DNA of 64,000 nucleotides from Terriglobia bacterium (GTDB taxonomy: Bacteria; Acidobacteriota; Terriglobia; 20CM-2-55-15). Shown piece after piece: positions 37,909 to 48,846 of this stretch (position 1 is its first letter; every line of letters begins with the position of its first letter). A program made the translations under genes and the position numbers. The notes beneath the pieces are model-generated. The model was given only the letters and a program-made list of their open reading frames with translations. It searched no databases and was not told the DNA's origin. The stretch lies in contig OZ253536.1 in the NCBI GenBank assembly GCA_965262425.1, positions 4,688,115 to 4,752,114 of the forward strand. Direction: 5' to 3'.

Positions 37909-38370
37909 CTATTCCACCACCTCCGCTCCGTCCCGGACAGGGACCAGTCCACCCATAAACCATCCGATGATGGACGTCACCGCCGCAATTACGCTGTTTA
38001 CGATCAAGCCCACGAGGCGAATGCCCATCGCCGCAAGAAAGCCGACTGGTCCGGGTTGGTTTAGAGCAATCGGGTTGTTGAAGTGTGTATCGCCCGCTAC
38101 GTAGGAGAGACCGGTGCCGAAAAGGATCAGGACTTGAGACACCAGGGCGATCATAACGCCCACCTGGACGGCCCCCCCCACACCGTAGCCCTTGTAACGC
38201 CTCGAGATTGCCGGCCACAATAACGTGAGATGCGTTTGCAGCGTCACCATCGAGAAATACTGGATGCCGGCTTCATAGGGGGCTCCGGCCTGGCTCATGA
38301 CCAGTTTTCCAAGGAAGAAGATCAGCAGCAGAAGGGCGGGCAGTGTGATGAAGTGTGCTTTTTCTTTCAT
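37909..38370 (-). CDS. Hypothetical 4-TM membrane protein
   Basis: ATG at 38370 (MKEKAHF...) preceded by GGAGGG. It is hydrophobic with 4 predicted helices. No recognisable family. Confidence 0.4.
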   Translation of the reverse strand: MKEKAHFITLPALLLLIFFLGKLVMSQAGAPYEAGIQYFSMVTLQTHLTLLWPAISRRYKGYGVGGAVQVGVMIALVSQVLILFGTGLSYVAGDTHFNNPIALNQPGPVGFLAAMGIRLVGLIVNSVIAAVTSIIGWFMGGLVPVRDGAEVVE

Positions 38371-38535
38371 GTATCCCTCCGGTTGTCGAAGGGATTGTAT
38401 GCCAGGACAGGGGGTCGTGGCGAGGGTTCGTGACAGGTGCGAGTGAGAAGTACGCTGCGTAGTTTCGTTGGTGCCTGAATCCACTGGTGGACACAGCTAC
38501 CCGGACCCGGTACCTCTAACGGTGCCTTTCAGAAA

Positions 38536-38742
38536 TTAGTTCTGGGCCCTGGTCGATTGCCAGTTGTGGAAATCCGACCCCAGGATGAAGAACTTGCGGC
38601 CGATCCGCATTGTCGGGATGCTCTCCTCCTCGATGATCCGGCGGAAGTGCCGGATGGAGAAGCCCGCCATCGAGGCGGCGGACGGAATATCGAGAAACAT
38701 CTTCGTCGGGGGGGCGCTTTGTGTTGTCGCTTCTTTCAACAT
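38536..38742 (-). CDS. Excisionase/MerR-like helix-turn-helix DNA-binding protein (small, 68 aa)
   Basis: ...FLDIPSAASMAGFSIRHFRRIIEEESIPTMRIGRKFFI... matches the excisionase-family HTH pattern (site-specific recombination excisionase, Xis). Confidence 0.5.
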   Translation of the reverse strand: MLKEATTQSAPPTKMFLDIPSAASMAGFSIRHFRRIIEEESIPTMRIGRKFFILGSDFHNWQSTRAQN

Positions 38743-38993
38743 AATGACCGTCTCCTGACCTGCATTCAGAGCACATCGCTTGCCATGGTGTGCGTCGGGG
38801 TTTTTCGTTCTCTTCGGAAGAACGCCTGACCCATCGCCGCCCCTGCCAGTACGTGTTTGGGCCGTTCAGGACGGGGCGTTTCGGCCGCCGCGTTGTGGAT
38901 GCCGACCGCATTGCCTGTGTTGGCGGAGACGCCGTTCGTCATTGTTTTGACGATCGAGACCCATCGGATGTCAGAAGGATGACGGAACGCTAA

Positions 38994-39204
38994 GGGCCCG
39001 CTCAAGAATAACGTCACATTTTGGCATCCCACCGTCGCGCCATCTTCGCGGACCGTCGCGCCATCTTCGCGGGACCGTCGCGCCATCTTCGGCCGCTCCT
39101 CAATCGCAGATGTCGGGCTATTTCTCCGGTCTGCTCAATCGGTCGCGACCGAATCTGACCGAAATCTGGGCGCCAATTCTGTGAAGTTGTTCTTGAGCGG
39201 ACCC
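38994..39204. mobile_element. MITE-like repeat family 2, copy 1. About 211 bp with an imperfect TIR GGGCCCGCTCAAGAATAACGTCACATTTTGGC / GCCAATTCTGTGAAGTTGTTCTTGAGCGGACCC, and it contains a 3x tandem 21-nt repeat.
   Basis: A second copy is at 57465-57633, with identical internal blocks (caatcgcagatg.cgggctatt.ctccggtctgctcaatcggtcgc.accgaatctgaccgaaatctgggcgccaattctgtgaagtt). Its gtcgcgccatcttcgcgg(g)acc unit is repeated 3x. Copy 2 carries only one related, degenerate unit, cccatcttcacgccaccttcggccgctcc. Confidence 0.65.
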
Positions 39205-39283
39205 TGGATGGAGCGGAAATGGCGTGCCTCGAGACTCCGGGCCCCGATTTGACACTGCCGACCCGTGGTCCTACCCTTGAACG

Positions 39284-40201
39284 GTGTCCCCGGCTATTGA
39301 AGTTCGGAACCTGTCGAAAACCTACCGCCGCTGGTGGTCCAGGAAGGGCGTTCACGCGTTGGTCGACGTCGACTTGGAGGTGGAGCGCGGCTCGATTTTC
39401 GGTCTGCTGGGTCCGAACGGTGCGGGGAAGACCTCTCTGATCAAAATTGCCCTGACGATCGCCCACCCCAGCCGGGGGGAGGTGGTGTTGCTGGGACAGG
39501 GGACCCATGACCGGTCCGTCTTCAAGAGAGTCGGCTATCTCCCGGAAAATCCGAGGTTCCCTGCACACCTCACTGCCTGGAACGTTCTTCGTCTCTACGG
39601 CAGCATGAGCGGCAGGGACATGAACTACATCCGCGAGAAGGGGCCGGAGTGGCTCGAACGTGTGGGCCTGTCCGGGTGGGAGCGCGTTCGGGTCGCAAAG
39701 TTTTCCAAGGGCATGGTCGAACGGCTGGCTTTTGCTCAAGCGGTGATTCACGATCCCGACTTGATTTTCCTGGACGAACCGACCGATGGGCTGGACCCGC
39801 TCGGACGCATGGAAATGCGGAAGATCTGCAGGGAACTCGCCGCCGCCGGAAAAACGATCTTCATCAATTCGCATATCCTGGCTGAGATAGAGACGGTATG
39901 CGATCGCGTCGCCCTGATGAAGGAAGGCCGAATCATCGACGTCGGCACGGTGGCCGATTTCACTTCCGGCGATGAGACGTACGAGATCGTGGTCGCGACC
40001 CAGGACGACGATCTGGGGACGTGGTTCGAGAGCCGGAAACTAGGCTTCTCGATCGACAATGGGCAGTTTCGGGTCCTCCTCCCGGACCGGAATTCCGCCA
40101 ACCAGTTGATCGACGCTCTACGAACCCGCGGCGTCGAAATCGAGTCCGTATCCCCCAGGCGCAAGTCCCTCGAGTCGGTTTTCCTGGAAAGAGTATGTTG
40201 A
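39284..40201 (+). CDS. ABC-2-type transporter ATP-binding protein
   Basis: Walker A GPNGAGKTS, signature FSKGMVERLAFAQA, Walker B LIFLDEPTDGLD. GTG start. Confidence 0.85.
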   Translation: MSPAIEVRNLSKTYRRWWSRKGVHALVDVDLEVERGSIFGLLGPNGAGKTSLIKIALTIAHPSRGEVVLLGQGTHDRSVFKRVGYLPENPRFPAHLTAWNVLRLYGSMSGRDMNYIREKGPEWLERVGLSGWERVRVAKFSKGMVERLAFAQAVIHDPDLIFLDEPTDGLDPLGRMEMRKICRELAAAGKTIFINSHILAEIETVCDRVALMKEGRIIDVGTVADFTSGDETYEIVVATQDDDLGTWFESRKLGFSIDNGQFRVLLPDRNSANQLIDALRTRGVEIESVSPRRKSLESVFLERVC

Positions 40202-41028
40202 ACCCGCTGAAGCCAGGCGTGTTTTTCGACACGTTCGAGGAGTCGTTCAGGAACAACATGTTCCTATTTTTTTTTGCGATCTCCTCGCTGTTCATCGCCT
40301 CGATCGCGCTGGCGTTGAACATGGACATCGTCAGTGGGGTCATAGCGGGAGTCACCTTCTTTGGAGAGGAGTTGGAGATTCCCAGGATGACCGTTCCGCA
40401 ATTCATCAACGCCGTTCAGTCCGGTATGGCGATGATGATTGCCACGATCGGATTGTTCCTGGCGCTGATGGCCACCTCGACGCTGTTCCCCTTGATGACT
40501 CAGAAAGGCAGCATTGAGCTGCTGCTGTGTCGCCCCGCCCCCCGCTGGCGTTTGATGGTCGCCCGTTTTCTGGGCGGCACCGCCATCATGGCCCTCAATG
40601 CCGGGTACTTGATTGTCGGCGTCTGGTTGGTTCTGGGATTGAAGTCCGGAATCTGGAACACCGGGTTTCCGAAGTCAACCCTTCTGATCGTCACCGCGTT
40701 CGTGTTCTTGTACTCGGCCGTGATGACCCTGTCGGTGATGACCGAGAACGGCCCGGTGGGACTACTGGCCGGATATGCCATCCTGATGTTTTCGCCGGTT
40801 CTGGCCGCCCACGAGAGAATTACGCCGGCCTTTTCGAAGGAACTTTACCGGGAGATATTTCGTTCACTCTACTGGGTGTTGCCGAAGGTGGCCGAGATGA
40901 TCGGAGCGGCCAGGAGCCTGATAGCGGGCACGCCGCTGGAGATCGGTTCGGTCCTGTGGACGTCCGGGCTGTTCACCGCCGGGTGCTTTGTTGTCACTTT
41001 GGTATACTTCAGTAGAAGAGACTATTGA
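40195..41028 (+). CDS. ABC-2-family transporter permease (6 TM helices)
   Basis: ATG at 40195 overlaps the ATPase stop. The profile is hydrophobic 6-TM, typical of ABC-2 permeases. Confidence 0.6.
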   Translation: MLNPLKPGVFFDTFEESFRNNMFLFFFAISSLFIASIALALNMDIVSGVIAGVTFFGEELEIPRMTVPQFINAVQSGMAMMIATIGLFLALMATSTLFPLMTQKGSIELLLCRPAPRWRLMVARFLGGTAIMALNAGYLIVGVWLVLGLKSGIWNTGFPKSTLLIVTAFVFLYSAVMTLSVMTENGPVGLLAGYAILMFSPVLAAHERITPAFSKELYREIFRSLYWVLPKVAEMIGAARSLIAGTPLEIGSVLWTSGLFTAGCFVVTLVYFSRRDY

Positions 41029-41050
41029 AAAACGGAACGAGGTCCAAACC

Positions 41051-41980
41051 ATGAAATGGGTCATTGGTGTGATTTTTCTTGCGGTGACGATCGCGGTCGT
41101 CGCGAGTTTTCCTGGAACAGTTGAAGCGGTCAATCCGGACGAGGCCCTGCTGCGCCTGTTCCCGATCGACACGAAGGGCGTGGGCTTTGTCGATTTGGCC
41201 CAACTCCGGGATAACCCGTTGATCAACGAACTGGTTATCGACAGGATCCTGCGGGACAAGCCCCTAGTGATAGACGAGTTTGAGGAGCAGACAGGACTGG
41301 ATCTGGAGTCGGACATCCAACAGATCATGGTCGGACGGACCGGCGAGAAAGAGTTCCTCATCGTCGCCAGGGCGAATTACGAGGGCTTCAGAGTCGAGCA
41401 GTATTTCAACGACAAGGGTCTCGATTTTGATACCTACGCGGGAAGCACGCTGTACTTCCCCGATGGTGATGACGACGACGGAGCGGTCAGCTTCGTGGAC
41501 GGTCTTGTCCTGGTCGGAGACAGAAACTCGATCCAGGAAGCCCTCGACCGCTTGAACGCACCCTCGACCACGGCCATGGCCAATCAAAGCCTGCTGGATT
41601 CCATTAATTCGATCGACGAGGGAAGCCAGGTCTGGGCGGTTGGCGCCTTCGAGGACTTTCTGCTTCCCGATGGGATCGCGCCCGCGATGACTACCGACCT
41701 GTTCGACGCGCTCGAGGGCGGCACTTACCAGATGCACATCGACTCGATCGTAACCGCCCGAGCCATCGGCGACTTCACGACCCCCGAAGTCGCCCAACGA
41801 ACAACCGATCTGCTCCGGGGCCTGGTCGCGCTCGGCAAGATGCAAGCCTACGAGCGACAGGAATTCATCGAACTCCTGGACGGCGTCCAGATCGAAACCA
41901 TCGACGCCACTGTCCAAATCAACTTCTCCGCCGACGGCGACCTACTCCGCCGCTTACACGAATCCGACGACAGGCAATAA
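41051..41980 (+). CDS. Secreted hypothetical protein (signal peptide; possible ABC-2 accessory component)
   Basis: MKWVIGVIFLAVTIAVVASFPGTVEA signal peptide, 23 nt after the permease stop, with an acidic DGDDDDG segment. No family recognised. Confidence 0.4.
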   Translation: MKWVIGVIFLAVTIAVVASFPGTVEAVNPDEALLRLFPIDTKGVGFVDLAQLRDNPLINELVIDRILRDKPLVIDEFEEQTGLDLESDIQQIMVGRTGEKEFLIVARANYEGFRVEQYFNDKGLDFDTYAGSTLYFPDGDDDDGAVSFVDGLVLVGDRNSIQEALDRLNAPSTTAMANQSLLDSINSIDEGSQVWAVGAFEDFLLPDGIAPAMTTDLFDALEGGTYQMHIDSIVTARAIGDFTTPEVAQRTTDLLRGLVALGKMQAYERQEFIELLDGVQIETIDATVQINFSADGDLLRRLHESDDRQ

Positions 41981-42002
41981 TAGAAAGGATCCAGCTTGAT
42001 CG

Positions 42003-42038
42003 AAAGAGGCGCTCTTCAAGAGCGCCTCTCTCTCTTTA
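42003..42038. terminator. Bidirectional terminator-like hairpin between the convergent secreted-protein gene and rho (agaggcgctctt caa gagcgcctct)
   Basis: Perfect 11-bp inverted repeat with a 3-nt loop, followed by ctctctcttt. Confidence 0.5.
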
Positions 42039-42174
42039 GCCGAACAGAGAGCACCGTAGACGCCCCGAGACCAAGGCGCGCGGAGCGAGGCCGAGAAGGC
42101 GCATTCCTATGCGTTGACGAGGCCGAACGACAAGCAACGCCGGTATCGGGGATGGATACGGCGCTCGACCGGAT

Positions 42175-43497
42175 TTAGCCTCTAGCGCCGGACATGGATG
42201 CTAGGAAGTCGGCATTCGCCTTCGTCTTCGACATCTTCTCCAGTAGCAACTCCATCGCTTCGACTGTCGACAGCGGGTTGAGAACTTTCCGCAGAATCCA
42301 GATCCGAGTCAATTCGTCCTTGGAAACCAGGAGCTCCTCTTTTCGCGTGCCGGACCGGTTTATGTCGATGGCCGGGAAGACCCGCTTGTCGACCAGCTTC
42401 CGGTCGAGGCCGATCTCCATGTTGCCCGTGCCCTTGAACTCCTCGAAGATGACATCGTCCATCCGGCTTCCGGTGTCCACCAGGGCCGTGGCGATGATCG
42501 TGAGGCTGCCCCCTTCTTCGATGTTGCGGGCTGCGCCGAAGAACCGCTTCGGCCGCTGCAAGGCGTTCGAGTCGACGCCACCGGAGAGGACCTTCCCCGA
42601 GGGCGGCACGATCGTGTTGTAGGCCCGGGCCAGGCGTGTGATCGAATCGAGCAGGATGACTACGTCGCGCTTGTGTTCCACCAGTCGCTTAGCCTTCTCG
42701 ATGACCATCTCGGCAACCTGTACGTGGCGCGAAGCCGGCTCGTCGAACGTCGAACTGATCACCTCTCCATTGACTGACCGCTGCATGTCGGTGACCTCTT
42801 CGGGCCGCTCGTCGATCAGCAGAACGATCAGGATGACCTCCGGCTGGTTCGCGGTGATGGAGTTGGCGATCGTCTGCAACAACATCGTCTTGCCGGTTCT
42901 TGGCGGCGCGACGATCAGCCCGCGCTGGCCCTTCCCGATAGGAGTCAACAGGTCCAGCACCCGGGCCGACAGCTGGTCCTTCTCAGTCTCCAGCGTCAGT
43001 CTTTCGTCTGGGTAAAGCGGCGTCAGGTTGTCGAAAAAGATCTTGTTGCGGGCCTGGTCGGGATGTTCGAAGTTGACGGCTTCGACCTTGATCAGAGCGA
43101 AGTAACGCTCACCTTCCTTCGGCGGGCGCACCTGTCCGGACACCGTGTCGCCGGTTCGTAGATCGAACTTGCGAATCTGTGACGGCGATACATAGATGTC
43201 GTCGGGGCCGGGAAGGTAGTTGTAATCGGGGGCTCGGAGGAAACCGAACCCGTCGGGCAGGGTTTCCAGCACGCCTTCACTGAAAATGAAGCCGCTCTTT
43301 TCGGTCTGGGCCTGGAGGATCTTGAAGATCAACTCCTGCTTGCGCATCCCCGATGCTCCCTGGATGTTCAGGTCTTTGGCGACCTGGGTCAGGGCGGCGA
43401 TGTTCATTTCTTTTAGCTGGGCGATGTCTCGTGTGGCGGTCCCTTCGGCACGCTCGGTTGATACTTTCTTGGTCATAGGTGGGTTTTTCTCACTCAT
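42175..43497 (-). CDS. rho: Transcription termination factor Rho
   Basis: N-terminal RNA-binding domain, RecA-like ATPase with Walker A APPRTGKT, and the characteristic C-terminus. ATG at 43497. Confidence 0.95.
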   Translation of the reverse strand: MSEKNPPMTKKVSTERAEGTATRDIAQLKEMNIAALTQVAKDLNIQGASGMRKQELIFKILQAQTEKSGFIFSEGVLETLPDGFGFLRAPDYNYLPGPDDIYVSPSQIRKFDLRTGDTVSGQVRPPKEGERYFALIKVEAVNFEHPDQARNKIFFDNLTPLYPDERLTLETEKDQLSARVLDLLTPIGKGQRGLIVAPPRTGKTMLLQTIANSITANQPEVILIVLLIDERPEEVTDMQRSVNGEVISSTFDEPASRHVQVAEMVIEKAKRLVEHKRDVVILLDSITRLARAYNTIVPPSGKVLSGGVDSNALQRPKRFFGAARNIEEGGSLTIIATALVDTGSRMDDVIFEEFKGTGNMEIGLDRKLVDKRVFPAIDINRSGTRKEELLVSKDELTRIWILRKVLNPLSTVEAMELLLEKMSKTKANADFLASMSGARG

Positions 43498-43559
43498 GCA
43501 GGTTTTTTTGAAATCGCGGCTTGCGGGCACGGTTCCGGATCGGCCCCGTATCCTCCACC

Positions 43560-44135
43560 TTAGGAAATGGCAGTTCGAATCCTGTTCAAGATGGAATCTC
43601 TTCCAAGACGCGTGACTGCGGAGAATGAAATCAGTTCTTCGGTCCCGAGCGTTTCCTTGGCTTTTCGGATCGAGTGGTTCATCTGATTCCGTTTAAGTTT
43701 ATCAGCCTTGGTCAGGATGACAGAGTTCTCGATATGGTAATAGTCCAACCACTCCTTCATTAAGAGGTCGTTTGGAGTAGGTGGAATTCGACAATCGACG
43801 AGCAACAATGCCAGTTTCAGCTGCGGGCGATCCCGCAAGTATCCTTCGACCATCTTCCGCCATCCCGCCTGCACGCTCTTGGGTACCTTTGCATATCCAT
43901 ACCCGGGCAAGTCAACAAAGTAGAAGTGGTCATTGATTGAATAGAAGTTGATGGTTTGTGTGCGGCCTGGTGACTTGCTGATCCGGGCCAACCCCCGAAG
44001 GTTGACCAGAGCGTTCAGTAGTCTTGATTTTCCGACATTCGAGCGGCCAATGAAAGCAATTTCGTGAAATCGGTCTCTGGGAAAGTCATCCGGATCCAGG
44101 GCGCTCTTGACAAATCGGGCGGAAATAACCTTCAC
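43560..44135 (-). CDS. engB: Ribosome biogenesis GTP-binding protein YihA/YsxC (EngB)
   Basis: [14 protein letters not shown] (G1), DLPGYG (G3), TKADKL (G4). Confidence 0.85.
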   Translation of the reverse strand: MKVISARFVKSALDPDDFPRDRFHEIAFIGRSNVGKSRLLNALVNLRGLARISKSPGRTQTINFYSINDHFYFVDLPGYGYAKVPKSVQAGWRKMVEGYLRDRPQLKLALLLVDCRIPPTPNDLLMKEWLDYYHIENSVILTKADKLKRNQMNHSIRKAKETLGTEELISFSAVTRLGRDSILNRIRTAIS

Positions 44136-44230
44136 AGGAAGCTGAGCGCGAACGGCTCTTTTCCGAACATATCCATTTTAGCAATTCTTGTCGGAAAAGG
44201 TCCAGTTCGGTGTTTCTGGCTCATGATTCA

Positions 44231-46639
44231 TCAGTGCATGATGGAACCGGGCCGGACCGTCGATTCACTCGCTACCCGTGGATCGAACCCTTCAACCCCT
44301 TCGAGTGGGGTGGGCTGCTCCGTCAGGGCGACTTTGAGGACGTCATCCAATTCCTTGACGAGGTGGATGGTGAATTCTTCCAGGATATTGGCAGGAATGT
44401 CGGCCAGATCTTTCTGGTTGTCCTCGGGAATGATAATCGTCCGAATTCCGACGCGATGTGCCGCCAGCAGCTTTTCCTTCAATCCCCCGATCGGCAGTAC
44501 TTTTCCGCGCAGCGTTATCTCGCCGGTCATGGCGACGTTGCTGTGCACCGGAATCTGAGTCAGCGCGCTGACGATCGACGTCGCCATCGTAATGCCCGCC
44601 GAAGGCCCATCCTTGGGAATGGCCCCTTCCGGGACATGAATATGGATATCGAGCCTCTGATAGAAATCGCTCGGAATTCCAAAATCATGCGCCCGCGCCC
44701 GTACATAACTCATGGCGGCCTGGGCCGATTCCTGCATCACGTCGCCGAGTTTACCCGTCAGCGTGAGCTTGCCGCTTCCCTCCATCAAGGTCGCTTCGGT
44801 GGCAAGGATCTCACCGCCGACCTCGGTCCAGGCAAGACCGGTAACAAAGCCGATTTCGTTCGTTTCTTCGTGACGACTCGAACGGTACTTCGGAATGCCG
44901 AGGTAGTCCGACAGATTGTCGTTGGTGATTTCCGCCCTGTATTTCTTGCCTTCCCGGACCACCGCACGCGACACCTTGCGGCAGACTCCCGAAATCTCGC
45001 GTTCGAGGTTGCGGACCCCGGCCTCGCGCGTGTAGCCCCGGACGATGGTTGGGATCGTGGCGTTGTCGAATTCCAGCTGCTTGGTGGCGATGCCTGTCGT
45101 CTCGAGCTGTTTTGGGATCAGGAAGCGCTTCGCGATTTCCACCTTCTCCTCCTCGGTATAACCGGGGAGCCGGAGGATTTCCATGCGGTCCTGCAGCGGC
45201 TGCGGGATCGTATGCAACACGTTCGCGGTTGCAATAAACATGACCTGGGAGAGATCGTAGTCCACGTCCAGGTAGTGGTCGTTGAATGTGGAGTTCTGCT
45301 CCGGATCCAGCACCTCGAGCAGTGCCGCGGCGGGATCACCCCGGAAGTCCGTGCTCATCTTGTCGACTTCATCGAGAAGGAACACCGGATTCATCGTGCC
45401 GGCCTTCTTGATCATCTGGATGATCTGCCCTGGTAGCGCACCGATATAAGTGCGGCGATGTCCCCGGATCTCGGCCTCGTCGCGGACCCCGCCCAGGGCC
45501 AGCCGTACGAATTTGCGGCCCGTTGCTCGGGCGATAGACCGGCCAAGCGAGGTCTTGCCGACACCCGGAGGGCCCGCAAAGCACAGGATCGAACCCTTGG
45601 GCTTTTTGACGAGCTGGCGGACTGCGAGGAACTCCAATATCCGTTCCTTGATCTTATCCAGGCCGTAGTGATCCTCGTTCAGGATACGTTCGGCGGCATC
45701 GATATCCCGGATCTCCCGGCTTCGTTTTTTCCACGGCACCGCAACAAGCCAGTCGATATAGTTGCGCGAGACGGTCGATTCAGCCGACATCGCCGGCATC
45801 ATCTCGATGCGACGCAATTCCTGGGTTGCCTTTTCGTAGGCCTCCTTCGTCATTCCGGCATCTTCGACCTTGGCTCGCAGCTCCTCCATATCGGACTTTT
45901 CGTCTTTCTTTCCGAGCTCCCGCTGGATCGCCTTGATCTTTTCGTTGAGGTAATATTCCTTCTGCGCCCGTTCCATCTGCCGTTTGACACGACTCTGGAT
46001 GGATCGATCCACCTGCAGCTTTTCGATCTCGATGTCGAGCAGGTCCGCAAGTCGCTTGCAGCGCTCCACGGGATTGAAGATCTCTATAAGTTCCTGCTTT
46101 TCTTCGATGGATAGTGTCAGGTGCGAGCAAATCGTGTCTGCCAGCCGACCGATGTCATCCATCCGTATCGCCGAAAGAACTTGCTCGTAATTCACGTTCT
46201 GGCTCAGCTTGACGTATTGCTCGAAGAGTTGGCTGACGCGCGCGATCAGGTTGTCGTATCCGGAAAAGGACTGGTTCTTGAACGGAGACAGGCGGAGGTT
46301 GGCGGCCATGTGGCCGTTTTCTTCCGAAAGTTGCAGAATGCGAGCCCGTTCGATGCCCTCGACCAGAACCTTCGTGTTTCCGTCCGGGAGCTTCAGCGCC
46401 TGGACCAGGTTCGAAATGGTTCCGATCTGATAGATCTCGTTCGGCTTCGGGTTGTCGACCGAAGCGTCGTACTGCGTCGCCAGGAAGATTCGTTTGTCGC
46501 CTTCCATCGCCATTTCCAGTGCACGCACAGAGGACTTCCGTCCTATCACGAAGGGGACCAGCATGTAGGGGAAGATGACTACGTCCCGGATAGGGACCAT
46601 CGGCAACTTGACCTGCTCGTATTTATCCTTTGCGCTCAT
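44231..46639 (-). CDS. lon: ATP-dependent Lon protease
   Basis: 802 aa with a Lon N-domain, an AAA+ domain (GPPGVGKTS), and a protease domain with the catalytic Ser context PKDGPSAG. Confidence 0.95.
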   Translation of the reverse strand: MSAKDKYEQVKLPMVPIRDVVIFPYMLVPFVIGRKSSVRALEMAMEGDKRIFLATQYDASVDNPKPNEIYQIGTISNLVQALKLPDGNTKVLVEGIERARILQLSEENGHMAANLRLSPFKNQSFSGYDNLIARVSQLFEQYVKLSQNVNYEQVLSAIRMDDIGRLADTICSHLTLSIEEKQELIEIFNPVERCKRLADLLDIEIEKLQVDRSIQSRVKRQMERAQKEYYLNEKIKAIQRELGKKDEKSDMEELRAKVEDAGMTKEAYEKATQELRRIEMMPAMSAESTVSRNYIDWLVAVPWKKRSREIRDIDAAERILNEDHYGLDKIKERILEFLAVRQLVKKPKGSILCFAGPPGVGKTSLGRSIARATGRKFVRLALGGVRDEAEIRGHRRTYIGALPGQIIQMIKKAGTMNPVFLLDEVDKMSTDFRGDPAAALLEVLDPEQNSTFNDHYLDVDYDLSQVMFIATANVLHTIPQPLQDRMEILRLPGYTEEEKVEIAKRFLIPKQLETTGIATKQLEFDNATIPTIVRGYTREAGVRNLEREISGVCRKVSRAVVREGKKYRAEITNDNLSDYLGIPKYRSSRHEETNEIGFVTGLAWTEVGGEILATEATLMEGSGKLTLTGKLGDVMQESAQAAMSYVRARAHDFGIPSDFYQRLDIHIHVPEGAIPKDGPSAGITMATSIVSALTQIPVHSNVAMTGEITLRGKVLPIGGLKEKLLAAHRVGIRTIIIPEDNQKDLADIPANILEEFTIHLVKELDDVLKVALTEQPTPLEGVEGFDPRVASESTVRPGSIMH

Positions 46640-46723
46640 TAGTTCACTTCCGGGTTCAGGATTTGTCGGGGATCCTGACTGGTTGGGACAACCGATCCAT
46701 TCGCCTGTCCAGCCTTTTTCTGT

Positions 46724-47986
46724 CTATCCAGCCTTTTCGTACGGCAACCGTACTTCCTTCTTTTCGACCATTCGTTTCGTGATCGTTAGCGCTTCCTGGC
46801 TTTTTTGTCCCGGGAGGGAGTACATAACGTCAAGCATCAGTTCTTCCATAATGATACGCAGGCCGCGGGCACCCACCTTTCGCTTTATGGACTGGTCTGC
46901 GATAGCCGCAATGGCTTCCTTGGAGAACTTCAAATCGACGTTTTCGTATTCGAACAAACGCTGGTACTGCTTGACGAGCGCATTCTTTGGCTGGGTCAGG
47001 ATCTTCACCAGGGCGTCCTGATCCAGGTCGTGCAGAGTTGCCACGACCGGTACCCGGCCGACGAATTCGGGGATCATCCCATACTTAATGAGATCTTCGG
47101 GTTCTACCATGTCGATCAGCGCCGACCGATTCTCTGTGGTCTTTGCGCGCAGCTCGCCCTGAAATCCCATCGTGCTACCCTTGGCGAGCCGTTTTTCGAC
47201 CATGTTCTCCAGGCCCACGAAAGCTCCACCGCAGATAAACAGGATGTTGGTCGTATCGACCTGTGTGAATTCCTGATGGGGGTGTTTCCGACCACCCTGA
47301 GGCGGGACGTTGGCGACCGTGCCCTCAAGCATCTTTAACAGTGCTTGCTGGACCCCTTCGCCCGACACATCGCGCGTGATCGAAGGGTTTTCGTCTTTTC
47401 GACCTATCTTGTCGATCTCGTCGATATAAATAATCCCTGTTTGAGCCCTTTCCACATCCCCACCGGCACTCTGTACCAGTCTCAGGATGATGTTTTCGAC
47501 GTCTTCGCCGACGTAACCCGCCTCGGTCAAGGTGGTTGCATCTACGATCGCAAACGGGACGCTCAGGAGCCGCGCAAGTGTTTGAGCCAGCAAGGTCTTG
47601 CCGGTCCCGGTGGGTCCGATCAAGAGGATGTTGGATTTCTGCAGCTCGACTTCGGACTTTTTTCGGGCCAGTTCGATCCGCTTGTAGTGGTTGTAGACAG
47701 CCACGGCCAGCTTCTTCTTCGAGGTGGTCTGACCAATTACGTATTGATCCAGGAACTCTTTGATTTCAGGTGGTTTCGGAAGGTGGACGTTGCTCGGAGC
47801 CGGCTCGACGCTCTGGTCTTCATCAATAATGTCCTGACAGACAGCGACGCATTCATCGCAGATGAACACCGTGGGGCCGGCGATCAACTTCCGAACATCG
47901 TTCTGGCTCTTGTTACAAAAGGAACACCGAAGCACATCACCGCTGTTCTTCTTCAAAGCGCTTTCCTCCACACCGTTTGCGCACAC
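46724..47986 (-). CDS. clpX: ATP-dependent Clp protease ATP-binding subunit ClpX
   Basis: N-terminal zinc ribbon CSFCNKSQ...CDEC and an AAA+ domain with [11 protein letters not shown]. Confidence 0.95.
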   Translation of the reverse strand: MCANGVEESALKKNSGDVLRCSFCNKSQNDVRKLIAGPTVFICDECVAVCQDIIDEDQSVEPAPSNVHLPKPPEIKEFLDQYVIGQTTSKKKLAVAVYNHYKRIELARKKSEVELQKSNILLIGPTGTGKTLLAQTLARLLSVPFAIVDATTLTEAGYVGEDVENIILRLVQSAGGDVERAQTGIIYIDEIDKIGRKDENPSITRDVSGEGVQQALLKMLEGTVANVPPQGGRKHPHQEFTQVDTTNILFICGGAFVGLENMVEKRLAKGSTMGFQGELRAKTTENRSALIDMVEPEDLIKYGMIPEFVGRVPVVATLHDLDQDALVKILTQPKNALVKQYQRLFEYENVDLKFSKEAIAAIADQSIKRKVGARGLRIIMEELMLDVMYSLPGQKSQEALTITKRMVEKKEVRLPYEKAG

Positions 47987-48039
47987 CTGGCCGCAAATCG
48001 GAATTCATTCGACCTTCTACTGCATCAACGTATGGGGCG

Positions 48040-48651
48040 TCATTGGCGTTTTGAAATGACTTCGTCAATCAGGCCATATTCCTTACATTGTTCTGAGCTC
48101 ATGATGTAGTCGCGTTCCACGTCCTTTTCGATCTTCGCCAGGGGCTGGTCCGTATGTTTGACCAGGATGTCGTTCAGGATGCTGCGCATTCGGAGGATCT
48201 CTTTTGCGTGGATCTCGATGTCGGTTGCCTGCCCCTGAAGCCCGCCCAGCCACGGTTGGTGGATCAGGATCCGGGAGTGGGGGAGCGCGAAACGCTTCTT
48301 AGGGGATCCGGCCGCAAGCAGAACCGCTGCCATGCTGGCTGCTTGTCCGACGCAGATTGTCGTCACATCGGGACGGATAAACTGGATTGTGTCGTAAATC
48401 GCCAGTCCAGCCGTTATCGATCCCCCGGGAGAATTGATGTAGAGCGAGATATCGCGATCCGGATCTTCAGCCTCGAGGAAGAGCAGTTGGGCCGTGACGA
48501 CGTTGGAGACATTGTCGTCGATCGGCGTGCCGATGAAAATGATACTGTCGCGCAGCAGTCGCGAATAGATGTCGTAGGCTCGCTCGCCGCGGTTGGTCTG
48601 TTCCACGACCATGGGGATCAAAGTATTTCTTTCTTCAATGTTGTTGCGCAT
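48040..48651 (-). CDS. clpP: ATP-dependent Clp protease proteolytic subunit ClpP
   Basis: ...[18 protein letters not shown]..., with the catalytic Ser context GQAASMAA and the His/Asp contexts. Confidence 0.95.
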   Translation of the reverse strand: MRNNIEERNTLIPMVVEQTNRGERAYDIYSRLLRDSIIFIGTPIDDNVSNVVTAQLLFLEAEDPDRDISLYINSPGGSITAGLAIYDTIQFIRPDVTTICVGQAASMAAVLLAAGSPKKRFALPHSRILIHQPWLGGLQGQATDIEIHAKEILRMRSILNDILVKHTDQPLAKIEKDVERDYIMSSEQCKEYGLIDEVISKRQ

Positions 48652-48846
48652 TCACCGGTTCCACTGCATCGGGCAACGTCAAACAAAGCCCTGGTTATAC
48701 TTATCGGCAAATTGTGTCACGAACTACCCACAAAAATAGCATACAACATCGGCGGGATTATGATGCGGTCAAAGACCGGCCGCCGAGTCCAGAGTCCGAG
48801 GTTGGGCGAGAGAGGTATGTTGTAGCGGTCTCTGACGGTCGAACTG

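Noticed and set aside
38766-39086. A 106-aa ORF upstream of the excisionase-like gene
   Set aside because: Its N-terminal half is MITE-2 sequence (ARRSREDGATVREDGATV is the 21-nt tandem repeat). Only about 55 aa lie outside the repeat, with no start context or homology.
39014-39874. A 286-aa minus-strand ORF antisense to the ABC-2 ATPase gene and running into MITE-2
   Set aside because: It is Arg/Gly/Pro-rich low-complexity translation of the antisense strand of a well-supported ABC ATPase gene. Its C-terminus is MITE sequence.
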